From Acidobacteriota bacterium (GTDB lineage Bacteria > Acidobacteriota > Holophagae > Holophagales > Holophagaceae), in contig JACPUT010000005.1 of NCBI GenBank assembly GCA_016192145.1, positions 188,592 through 252,591 on the forward strand: a DNA stretch of 64,000 nt. The letters run 5' to 3'. Below the pieces are notes generated by a model that made no database searches, was not told the origin of the DNA, and saw only the letters and a list, made by a program, of their open reading frames with translations. Below, in pieces: positions 51,973 through 60,498 of this stretch (within the stretch, counting starts at the first letter, position 1; the number at the start of each line of letters is the position of its first letter). The position numbers and the translations under genes were made by a program.

Positions 51973-52575
51973 ATGACCCAGGTCACGCCGTGGACGGGGC
52001 CGGAGACCGAGGCGCTGGCCCGGAGCCTCACCGCGCTGGCCGAGGCGATCCGCCACCGGGATGAAGGCACCCAATCCCATGACGAGGAGGTGGGATCTCT
52101 GGGGGTGGAGATGGCCCGGCGCATGGATCTGGACATCGCCCTCCAGGAGCGCGTGTACCTCGCGGGCATCGTGCACGATCTGGGAAAGATCGGGGTGCGG
52201 GACGACGTGCTCCTCAAGGATGGCCCCCTGAGCCCCGAGGACCGGGAGCGGATGGAACGCCATCCGAGGCTGGGCGCGGATATCCTCCGGCCCCTGCCCG
52301 GCGCCGCGCCCCTCGCGGAGATCATCCTCTCCCACCATGAGTGCCCCGATGGCTCGGGGTACCCCAGGGGGTTGGCGGGAGATGCGATCTCCCTGGAGGC
52401 GCGGATCCTCCAGGTGGCCGACGTCTTCTGCGCGCTCAGCGAGACGCGCCCCTACAAGGGGCCGATGAACCCCTTCATGGCGCTGGAGTGGATGCGCGGC
52501 CAGGGCCCGGGCCGCTTCGACCGCCGCTGCCTCCGCGCCCTGGGATCCGTGTTGGCGGATTCACACCATCACTGA
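51973..52575 (+). CDS. Stand-alone HD-GYP domain protein (c-di-GMP phosphodiesterase family)
   Basis: Canonical motifs are present: VHDLGKIGV, RHPRLGADIL, HHECPDGSGYPRGL and ADVFCALSETRPYK. Confidence 0.85.
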   Translation: MTQVTPWTGPETEALARSLTALAEAIRHRDEGTQSHDEEVGSLGVEMARRMDLDIALQERVYLAGIVHDLGKIGVRDDVLLKDGPLSPEDRERMERHPRLGADILRPLPGAAPLAEIILSHHECPDGSGYPRGLAGDAISLEARILQVADVFCALSETRPYKGPMNPFMALEWMRGQGPGRFDRRCLRALGSVLADSHHH

Positions 52576-52586
52576 AGGCCGGCACC

Positions 52587-53363
52587 TCAGAATTTAACCA
52601 CCACCCCGAATCCGACGCCCTTGCGATCCAGCTTCAGCAGGAGATCGTCCTGGAGGCTCCCCTGGGGCACATCGAAGGTCTCCGTTTCATAGAAGGCCCG
52701 GAGGCCCACGAAGGGGAAGGGAAAGTAGCGGGCATCGAGACCACCCCGGGTGTACTTGGCTCCCTTGGCCCCGAGGTAGTGGTAATACCCCTTGATCTCA
52801 AAGATCCCTCCCGGCACGCGGCTGCCCGCGCTGAGCCCCACCTGGGGAATGGGGGCGGTCACGGAGGTCGACGCGCTCTGGGTGCCCGGCACCGGGGAGA
52901 TGGCCGTACCCGTGGCATCCACCTCCAGCTTCCAGCTCTCCACCCCGAGGTCCACGCCCACCCAGAACACGGAGAGGGGAATGAAGCGAATGGTCCAGAT
53001 GCCTTCGAGGGTCTTGAGGTTGACGTGGCTTCTGACGCGGGTGAGGGCCGCGTAGGTGGTGCCATCGATGGTGATGTTGCGGTTGAGGGTCTTGTCACCC
53101 ACGTAGTCCGTGCCGCCCGTCTGGGCCATGAACCCGAAGCGCGGGCCCTGGTAATCGAAGAGGAAGCCCACCTTCGCCTTGTCCTTGGCGAGGCCCAGAT
53201 CCGAGTCCAGATCCACGGAGATGGGCTGGCCATCCTGCATGCCCTCCATCTTCCCGGTGAACGTGGGGCCGAAGGAGGAGAGGCCCATGGTCACGCTGCG
53301 GGTGGGCCCCATCTGGGCGAAGGCGGCCGTGGCCGCGAGGAGGGGAAGGAGCGCCTGACGCAT
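52587..53363 (-). CDS. Outer-membrane beta-barrel protein of unknown function
   Basis: Signal peptide MRQALLPLLAATAAFAQ, alternating beta-strand pattern, and the terminal GFGVVVKF. Confidence 0.6.
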   Translation of the reverse strand: MRQALLPLLAATAAFAQMGPTRSVTMGLSSFGPTFTGKMEGMQDGQPISVDLDSDLGLAKDKAKVGFLFDYQGPRFGFMAQTGGTDYVGDKTLNRNITIDGTTYAALTRVRSHVNLKTLEGIWTIRFIPLSVFWVGVDLGVESWKLEVDATGTAISPVPGTQSASTSVTAPIPQVGLSAGSRVPGGIFEIKGYYHYLGAKGAKYTRGGLDARYFPFPFVGLRAFYETETFDVPQGSLQDDLLLKLDRKGVGFGVVVKF

Positions 53364-53397
53364 GGGACCTCCAAAGTTGCTCCCCTATCGGCCCTTT

Positions 53398-54099
53398 TCA
53401 GGGATCCTGCAATTTCCACCGGATGAGCCGCGCCTCCGCCCGGGCCAGCGCCACCCGCTGCGCCAGGAGGGAGAGGGGTTCCAGCCAGCCCAGTACGCCC
53501 CGGAGGTGGTTCCGCGCCGCCTCGCGCAGGTCCCGGAACGGGGCCTCCAAGAGCGCGCCGCCGAGCCTGCCTGTGGGTTCCAGGTCCGCCAAGGCCAGGA
53601 GGGCCGTCCCCGCCCCCTGGCTGGAGGCCACGAGGATCATGCGGTTCCGGGCCACGCCCACCCCCTCCGCGAAGTGCACCACGGCGGCCACATCCCCCCG
53701 CTCATGGGCTCCGAGGGTGCTGGGGATCTCCGGATGGCGATCCCGCCCCCGGAAGGTGAAGACGGCGACATCCCACTCCGGGAGACTCCGAGCCAGGGGC
53801 GCCATGCCCCACGCATCATCCCCGAACCCATGGAGCAGCAGGGCCAGGCCCCTGGGGCGGGGGCGGTGAAGCCACCACAGCTCCAGCTCCGCACCCTGGG
53901 CTCCCGGGAGCCTGTGGTGGGTCCAGGTTTCCCCCGCGCCCTGAAGCTGGCCCCGGAGCTCGAGCCGCTGTCCGTCGGTCCTGGGAGGCAGGGGCGCCCG
54001 CACCAGCTGCCCCGTCAGGAGCCAGCCGGCCACGAGCGAAGCCAGCACCCAAAAGGCCAGGGTGGCCAACAGGAGGGATACCAGCCGACGGGGTCGCAT
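53398..54099 (-). CDS. Membrane-anchored alpha/beta-fold hydrolase
   Basis: Start at 54099 (TM helix LVSLLLATLAFWVLASLVAGWLL). LLLHGFGDD and the nucleophile elbow-like VASSQGAG are present. Confidence 0.6.
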   Translation of the reverse strand: MRPRRLVSLLLATLAFWVLASLVAGWLLTGQLVRAPLPPRTDGQRLELRGQLQGAGETWTHHRLPGAQGAELELWWLHRPRPRGLALLLHGFGDDAWGMAPLARSLPEWDVAVFTFRGRDRHPEIPSTLGAHERGDVAAVVHFAEGVGVARNRMILVASSQGAGTALLALADLEPTGRLGGALLEAPFRDLREAARNHLRGVLGWLEPLSLLAQRVALARAEARLIRWKLQDP

Positions 54100-54209
54100 G
54101 GGGGGGCTACGGCGCCCCGCGCCCCCGGTTGATGGGCCCCTTCCCAACCTTGCCGGGCAAAGAATCACCTCCCGGGGCCCAGCGCCCGATACGGGGCCAG
54201 GAGGTCCTT

Positions 54210-54581
54210 TTGGCTCATGTGGTGGTGATGGACGACAGCCGGCTCATGCGGACCGTGCTCACCAAGTTTCTGGAGGTGGGCGGGCACACGCCCGAGCAGT
54301 GGGAGCCCATGAGCGCCGGGGAAGTCATGGAGAAGGTGGCCGCCACCGACATGGATCTGCTCGTCTGCGACTTCCAGATGCCCGGGTGCAATGGCGCCAC
54401 CGTGGCCAAGATGGCCCACAAGGCCAAGCCGGACCTCCCCGTGCTCGTCCTCACCTCCCTCCGCGATCCGGAGACGATGGAGTTGCTGCGGAAGTGCCAG
54501 GTGCGGGCCATCATCCACAAGCCCATCGACGACACGGCCTTCCTGGCGGCAGTGACCGAAGCGCTGGCGCCCAAGGCGTAA
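54210..54581 (+). CDS. CheY-like single-domain response regulator
   Basis: The RBS ggagg is followed by TTG 54210; GTG 54219 and ATG 54228 are alternatives. Receiver motifs VVVMDDSR, LLVCDFQMPGCNG, LVLTS and HKP. Confidence 0.8.
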   Translation: MAHVVVMDDSRLMRTVLTKFLEVGGHTPEQWEPMSAGEVMEKVAATDMDLLVCDFQMPGCNGATVAKMAHKAKPDLPVLVLTSLRDPETMELLRKCQVRAIIHKPIDDTAFLAAVTEALAPKA

Positions 54582-54589
54582 AGATCGTG

Positions 54590-54680
54590 GAACCGCGAAT
54601 GAAGCGAATATTCGCGAATAAAAGCCAGTGATTTGGGATCCCGGTTTTTAATTCGCGACCATTCGCGTCATTCGCGGTTC
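54590..54680. repeat. 91-nt imperfect palindrome built from TTCGCGAAT-like units (long hairpin, REP/MITE-like or terminator)
   Basis: The left arm gaaccgcgaatgaagcgaatattcgcgaataaaag matches the reverse complement of the right arm (gaaccgcgaatgacgcgaatggtcgcgaattaaaa). The outer 13 nt are perfect. It lies between convergent genes. Confidence 0.8.
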
Positions 54681-54689
54681 AAAAGCCCT

Positions 54690-56810
54690 TCAGACCTTCA
54701 TGAGCTTGCGGTAGGCCTCGAGGAAGTGCGCGGGCTGGGGCAGGATCTCGTCTTCGATGGCCGGCTGGTAGGCGACCCAGGTGTCCTTGGCGGCGACGCG
54801 GCGGACGGGGGCGTCCAGGTGGAAGAAGAGCTCGTCGGCGATGCGGGCGGCGAGCTCGGCGCCGTAGCCCCAGGACTGGGTGTCCTCGTGGGCGACGATG
54901 ACGCGGTGGGTCTTCTTCACGGTGGCTTCGATGGCGGCCCAGTCGTAGGGGTTCAGGGTGCGGAGGTCGATGATCTCGACGCTGATCCCTTCCTTTTCGG
55001 CCTCGCGGGCGGCCTGCAGGGCCCGCTGCACGGTGCAGCCGTAGGTGATCACGGAGAGGTCGCTGCCTTCGCGCACGGTGCGGGCCTTGCCGAAGGGGAT
55101 CATGAAGTCCTCCGGCACCTCGGGCCCCTTGTTGTGGGTCTGCCGGTAGAGGTGCTTGGGCTCCAGGAAGAGCACGGGATCGTCGCAACGGATGGCCGTG
55201 CGCAGGAGGCCCGCGGCATCCAGGGCGTTGCTGGGGTAGACCACGCGCAGGCCGGGGCAGTGGGTGAAGATGCTTTCGCCGCACTGGGAGTGGTAGGTGG
55301 CGCCGCCCATGAGGTAGCCGGCGATGGGCACGCGCACCACCATGGGGCTCTTGAAGGCGCCGTTGCTTCTCCAGCGGAGCGTCGCCAGCTCGTCGCGAAG
55401 CTGCTGCATGGCGGGCCAGATGTAGTCGAAGAACTGGATCTCGACGACGGGTTTGAAGCCGCGGGAGGCGAGGCCGACGGCCCGGCCGATGATGGTGGCC
55501 TCCGCCAGGGGCGCGTTGTAGACGCGGTGCGCGCCGTAGGCCTTCTGCAGGCCGTGGGTGCCCTTGAAGACGCCGCCCTTGCCCTTGCACTCGTCCAGGA
55601 TCTCCGCGCGGGTGGCATCCGCCACGTCCTCGCCGAAGACGAGGATGTCGGGATTGATCGCCATCTCCTGCTTCAGCACCTGATTGATGGCGTCGATCAT
55701 GGTCTTGCCGCCCTCGCGGCTCGTCACGGTGGCTTCCGTGTCGAAGGCGGCGGACGTGGGATCCACCGTCTCGCTGTAGAGGTGCTCGTAGTAGCTGCCG
55801 CTCTCGGGAAGCTGGCCGAGGCAGGCCTCGTCCCAGGCCGCGTCCACTTCCTGCTGCACGCCCATCTTCAGCGCCTCCAGCTGGATTTCCGTGAGGTCGC
55901 CCCACGCCACGAGCTGCTTGGCGAAGGTAACGACGGGATCCCGCAGCGCCTCCTCCTCGCGCTGGGACTTGGGCTTGTAGAGCTGCTCGTCGTCGCTCAG
56001 GGAGTGGCTGTAGGGGCGGATCACCTTGGCGCGCACGAGGGCGGGGCCGTTCCCGGCGCGGCAGTGGTCCACGGCCGCCTTCATGGCGTCGTAGCTGGCC
56101 AGGGGATCGCAGCCGTCCACCTCGTCCACGATGAGGAGGCCATGGGGTTCGTAGCCCTTGAGCAGGGCCGCCACGTTGCCGCCGGGGTACTGGACTTCGG
56201 AGGGCGTGCTGATGGCGTAGCCGTTGTCCTGCACGAGGAAGACCACGGGCAGCTTGAGATTCACGGCGTTGGAGATGGCCTCCCAAAACTCCCCTTCGGA
56301 GCAGGTGCCATCCCCCGTGGTGGTGAGGACGACCTCATCCTCGCGGAAGCCGAACTCGGCCATGCGGCCCGCCTGCTTGGCACGGAGCACGGCCTCGGCG
56401 GCGCCCACGGCGTGGAGGAACTGGCTCCCCGTGGGGCTGGAGGTGGAGAAGATGTTCAGCTTCTCGTGGCCCCAGTGGCTGGGCATCTGGCGGCCGCCGC
56501 TGGCGGGATCCTCCACGGAGCCCACGGAGCCCAGGAACATCTCCTTGGCCGTGTAGCCCAGGCCGTAGCAGAGGGCGCGGTCGCGGTAGTAGAAGAAGAA
56601 CCAGTCGTAGGCGGGTTTGAACACCAGGGCCGCGGCGGCCTGCACGGCCTCGTGGCCCACGCCGTTGATCTGGAAGTACACCTTGTTCTGGCGCTTGCCC
56701 GTGATCTCCTTATCGTCGATGCGCCGGGCGGCGTAGATGGTGCGGTACAGCGCGATGCGCTGCTCCCGGGGGAGGGTGGTGACGGGCTGGCTTGAGGTCA
56801 CCGTGGTCAT
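54690..56810 (-). CDS. Fused E1 alpha/beta subunit of a TPP-dependent 2-oxoacid dehydrogenase
   Basis: This 706-aa protein has an N-terminal E1-alpha region ([17 protein letters not shown] motif). The C-terminal half is E1-beta/transketolase-like (FGEDVAD...GGVFKGT...[10 protein letters not shown]). Confidence 0.9.
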   Translation of the reverse strand: MTTVTSSQPVTTLPREQRIALYRTIYAARRIDDKEITGKRQNKVYFQINGVGHEAVQAAAALVFKPAYDWFFFYYRDRALCYGLGYTAKEMFLGSVGSVEDPASGGRQMPSHWGHEKLNIFSTSSPTGSQFLHAVGAAEAVLRAKQAGRMAEFGFREDEVVLTTTGDGTCSEGEFWEAISNAVNLKLPVVFLVQDNGYAISTPSEVQYPGGNVAALLKGYEPHGLLIVDEVDGCDPLASYDAMKAAVDHCRAGNGPALVRAKVIRPYSHSLSDDEQLYKPKSQREEEALRDPVVTFAKQLVAWGDLTEIQLEALKMGVQQEVDAAWDEACLGQLPESGSYYEHLYSETVDPTSAAFDTEATVTSREGGKTMIDAINQVLKQEMAINPDILVFGEDVADATRAEILDECKGKGGVFKGTHGLQKAYGAHRVYNAPLAEATIIGRAVGLASRGFKPVVEIQFFDYIWPAMQQLRDELATLRWRSNGAFKSPMVVRVPIAGYLMGGATYHSQCGESIFTHCPGLRVVYPSNALDAAGLLRTAIRCDDPVLFLEPKHLYRQTHNKGPEVPEDFMIPFGKARTVREGSDLSVITYGCTVQRALQAAREAEKEGISVEIIDLRTLNPYDWAAIEATVKKTHRVIVAHEDTQSWGYGAELAARIADELFFHLDAPVRRVAAKDTWVAYQPAIEDEILPQPAHFLEAYRKLMKV

Positions 56811-56991
56811 GTTGGCTCCAAACGCAGGGGGCGGCCCGAAAGGATGAAATTACCATCGGGCAAGGGAATAATCCCATTCTTGTTTGCCAAGCTGGACCAA
56901 ACTCGCAGACCATAGCCGACCATACCGAAATTCGGCCCTTTCCCCGGGTAGGCCGGATACCGGGATGCGCCAGACCTAGTGGTGCCCGCTT

Positions 56992-58140
56992 TCAGGTCGG
57001 AAGCGGCTCCATCACCTGGATCGGGTGGGAATCATCGACCAGGATGCCCAATTCCCGGATCATCTCGATTCGCGTTTGATCCAGGATCAACCCCGCTGGA
57101 AGGAGCACCCGCCCTGAGAGGGTACGGATGGAATCCAAAAGAAGGTGGCCCGATCGCAGGCCGGCGACGTTCACCGCTCGCACCTGTCGATGGGCTTCAG
57201 AGAAGGCCAAGTCACGACTCAAGACCACCCCGAGGGCCTCGCCCACGGAAGGATGGAATTCCTTCAGCTCGCCTTGAATGCTATCCAAAGCCTGCAGGCC
57301 CACGGGAACCCGGTCCATCGCGTCCACGAGGGCCATCGTCGCTCGGAGGACTTGAATGGTTATGGGCTGGAAATCCTTGGAGGTCCCATCGGGAGGTTCC
57401 ATCGAGGGGGCCACTCGGCGAAGGATTTCACAGACGGGCTCCAGCCTCGGCACATTCTCGAGGACTTCCGCCATCGCCTCGTAGGCCTGCGCCACCATCC
57501 GGGTTTCTTCAGGCAGAAACCGAAGGCCCCGCCTCTGGCGATCCAGGAGATTCGTGGGCAGGGACAGGAGGGCCAGCTGCGTCATGGGAGCGGCCACCGT
57601 CAGGGGCCAGAGGTCGATGAGGTTCAATTCGCAGGCGGCGCGTCGAACCAGGATGGTGATCTGCTGGGCTTTGCGAAATGCCGCGGTGTCAAGATTTTCC
57701 AGGAGCCGGATCATCGCCTCGATGCTGCCCGTCAAGGTCTGCTCCAACAGAACCCGCTCCGACTGGAGCAGCTGGAACTGGCGCGCTCCGGAATTGATCG
57801 CCATTTCCATCACCGCAAGGTCGCAGGGCTTAGCGAGGAAGCGGAATATCTCCCCTTGGTTCACGGCTCGGATGGCGATATCAAGGCCCGAATTACCCGT
57901 CAGCAGGATGCGGGAGGATTCCGGAGCCAGCTCCCTCACCCGGGTCAGGAAGTCGATGCCATTCATCCCGGGCATCTGGTAGTCGGACATCACGACGGCG
58001 AAGGGACCTCCGGATGAGACCAACTCCAGGGCCTTTCGCGGATCCTCCGCCAGTTCCACCTCATAGCATCGCCTCAGATGCCGTGCCACCCCCCCCAGGA
58101 GCCTCGCATCGTCATCCACGACCAAAATTCGAACCGCCAT
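56992..58140 (-). CDS. Response regulator with a strongly degenerate HD-GYP-like output domain
   Basis: RpfG-type receiver (ILVVDDD, VVMSDYQMPGMNG, ILLTGN, IFRFLAKPC). The output region aligns to the neighbouring paralogue but has no HD, HHE or GYP residues. Confidence 0.85.
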   Translation of the reverse strand: MAVRILVVDDDARLLGGVARHLRRCYEVELAEDPRKALELVSSGGPFAVVMSDYQMPGMNGIDFLTRVRELAPESSRILLTGNSGLDIAIRAVNQGEIFRFLAKPCDLAVMEMAINSGARQFQLLQSERVLLEQTLTGSIEAMIRLLENLDTAAFRKAQQITILVRRAACELNLIDLWPLTVAAPMTQLALLSLPTNLLDRQRRGLRFLPEETRMVAQAYEAMAEVLENVPRLEPVCEILRRVAPSMEPPDGTSKDFQPITIQVLRATMALVDAMDRVPVGLQALDSIQGELKEFHPSVGEALGVVLSRDLAFSEAHRQVRAVNVAGLRSGHLLLDSIRTLSGRVLLPAGLILDQTRIEMIRELGILVDDSHPIQVMEPLPT

Positions 58141-58153
58141 GGCCTCTCCGTGA

Positions 58154-59311
58154 TCAGGGTCGCGTTGGATACAAGACGAGCAGCGGTTCCTTAACTCCCC
58201 GCAATTCCGCGAAATTCTGCAGCTTCTCCAGATGGCTTGGCCCGAGCCGGGCCCCTTGGGCGAAGAGGAGCATTCCGTCGAGGGTCACGGCGTCCTCCAC
58301 CAGCACCATCCCGGGCGTCAGCTCATGAAGGGAGACGGGTTTCGGCTGGGAAGGGGCATCCTTGCCCTCCGCGGGCAGCACCAGGAGTTCCAGGGCATCG
58401 ATGACCTTGGGATCGAAGCGCCCCTTGGCCAGTTTCAGTTCCTCCAGCACCACCCTCGGGTTCTTCCGGCGGGCTTCCATTTCCACGAAGGCGGCCACGC
58501 ACCCGATGATGCGTGAGGCCAAGGGGATCGCCTCTCCTTTTATCTCGTCGAAAGGCAGGCCCTTGCCATCGTATCCCTTGTCTTGGTACTGGATGGCCTT
58601 GGCCACCTCTTCCAGCCGCGGCACGTGGGCCAGCAGCTTGGCGCCCATCTCGGGAACCCGCTGCAGGATGGCCCGCTCTTCCACGGTCAGCTGGGTGCTG
58701 GTCTTGGCCTTCTCGAGCACCTGCATGGGGACGGCCATCCGACCCACCTGGGCCAACAGGGCCGAGATCCGGAGGCTCCAAGCGTCCGTGGCGCCGAGCA
58801 TCTTGCCCAGGGTGGTGGAGAACTCCGCCACCTCCTGCGCCCGCCCGAACCCCGCTGGATCCGCGAGGGATAAGAGTTCCGTCAGCACGTCAATCGCCCC
58901 AGACAGGGTTTTCTCGAGGAGTTCCTGCTCGGCCGTGATGAGCCGGTGCTGTTCCAAGCCTGACTCCAGGGCCCGGGAGAGCTCGGGGACAGCACAGGGT
59001 TTATTGAGGAAGCGGAAGATTTGACCTTGATTGACGGCATCCACGGCGGTCGCCTGATCCGCATTCCCCGTCAGCATGATGCGAACCGTCTCCGGGTTCA
59101 GCTCGGCCACGCGTTTCAATAGATCCACGCCATTCATTCCCGGCATCTGCATGTCGGCAACGATCACGGCGTAGGGGCCATGCTCGACCACCGCTTGGAT
59201 CGCCGGGACAGCCCCCAAGGCCACATCGAGTTCGAATTGGGCGTGCATGGATCGGTGATAGGCGCGAAGCACGCGCTCGTCGTCATCCACCATCAGAACC
59301 CGACGGTTCAT
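58154..59311 (-). CDS. Response regulator with a degenerate HD-GYP-like output domain
   Basis: Receiver motifs VLMVDDD, VIVADMQMPGMNG, IMLTGN and IFRFLNKPC. The output positions read LAQVGR (in place of LHDIGK), YQD (in place of HHE) and KGLP (in place of GYP). Confidence 0.85.
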   Translation of the reverse strand: MNRRVLMVDDDERVLRAYHRSMHAQFELDVALGAVPAIQAVVEHGPYAVIVADMQMPGMNGVDLLKRVAELNPETVRIMLTGNADQATAVDAVNQGQIFRFLNKPCAVPELSRALESGLEQHRLITAEQELLEKTLSGAIDVLTELLSLADPAGFGRAQEVAEFSTTLGKMLGATDAWSLRISALLAQVGRMAVPMQVLEKAKTSTQLTVEERAILQRVPEMGAKLLAHVPRLEEVAKAIQYQDKGYDGKGLPFDEIKGEAIPLASRIIGCVAAFVEMEARRKNPRVVLEELKLAKGRFDPKVIDALELLVLPAEGKDAPSQPKPVSLHELTPGMVLVEDAVTLDGMLLFAQGARLGPSHLEKLQNFAELRGVKEPLLVLYPTRP

Positions 59312-60498
59312 TGATCACCCCCCTGCTCTGCCTCGAAATGCCCCCAGTGATCAAGGGGCGTTCGAAGCGGAATGGCCTTGAAGTGCTCGTGGTCCGCATC
59401 CATTCGCCAAAGGGGGGATCGGCCCTTCCCCTGGATGATGCTCGCCCCATGGAGAATCGATCCCACGTGGAGGGCTGGAGGGCCCTCGGAGGGCTTCAAG
59501 TGGGTTCTCACCCCTTCCACCACGGTGGCCGGGAGGGCCCAGACCCCGAGCAGGTAGGCGCCGGCCTGGGCGTGATCCACTCCCAGCGTTTCCCGTTCCA
59601 GGGATTGAAGGGTGGCTTCACCAAATTCCAGGCGGGTGATGATGTCCTCGTAGGCCTTGGGCTGGGCCCGTGCGGCCACCAGGAGCCCGGACATGCTCAA
59701 GAGCCCCGCCGTGAAGGCGGGTTCCACGAAGGCAGGGGCCTCCCGATAAGCGATGCGCTTCGCCATCCGGCCCACGTCCAGGCTCCCTTGCGCCACCAAT
59801 TCCAAGTCGAGGCCCCGTGGGAGGCCTGCTCGCACCTGGTTCAGGAACCCATCCATGAGGATCAGCGATTTGATGGTGTCCACACCCAGCACCTGGATGG
59901 CCTCCCGGGTGGAAGCCACGGAACGGCGGAGGCCGAAAAAGGCGCTGTTCGTGAGTTTGAGGATCTTGGCCGTCATGGCGATATCCCGCTCCACGACCTC
60001 GGCGACCTGATCCACGCTGGCCTCCGGATCCTCCAGCCGAAGCTGGAGCTCGCGGAACAGGTGGGGCAGGACGGGCAGGTCCTCGCCTCCTGCCAGCAAC
60101 CCCCTCACCTGCTCCAGTTCAACCTCAGGGCGGGATTGGAAGGCCCTGGCGATGGCATCCCTGAGAACCTCCGGCTCACAGGGTTTGCTCAAGTATTGGT
60201 GGGCCGCCCCCACGCATTGGAGGATGAGGTCGCGGTCAGCGTGCCCGGAGAGGATGATCCGGGCGGAATGGGGATGGCGGACCATCACCTCGTTCAGGAA
60301 TTCGGCGCCATTCATGACGGGCATGCGCATATCGGAAACAACGACGTCGAACCCCTCCCGATCCAGGGATTCCAAGCCCAGTGCCGCGCTTTCCTGGAAG
60401 GACATCTCCCATTGATCCCGCATTCCGTGCAAGCTCCGTTGGAGCCCCTTGAGCACGAGGGCTTCGTCATCCACAAACAGGATCCTTGGCTTGCTCAC
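59308..60498 (-). CDS. Response regulator with an HDOD output domain
   Basis: Receiver motifs ILFVDDE, VVVSDMRMPVMNG, IILSGH and YLSKPC. The HDOD signature is LPVLPHLFRELQ...DIAMTAKILKLTNSAFFGLRRSV...AIQVLG. Confidence 0.9.
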   Translation of the reverse strand: MSKPRILFVDDEALVLKGLQRSLHGMRDQWEMSFQESAALGLESLDREGFDVVVSDMRMPVMNGAEFLNEVMVRHPHSARIILSGHADRDLILQCVGAAHQYLSKPCEPEVLRDAIARAFQSRPEVELEQVRGLLAGGEDLPVLPHLFRELQLRLEDPEASVDQVAEVVERDIAMTAKILKLTNSAFFGLRRSVASTREAIQVLGVDTIKSLILMDGFLNQVRAGLPRGLDLELVAQGSLDVGRMAKRIAYREAPAFVEPAFTAGLLSMSGLLVAARAQPKAYEDIITRLEFGEATLQSLERETLGVDHAQAGAYLLGVWALPATVVEGVRTHLKPSEGPPALHVGSILHGASIIQGKGRSPLWRMDADHEHFKAIPLRTPLDHWGHFEAEQGGDQ

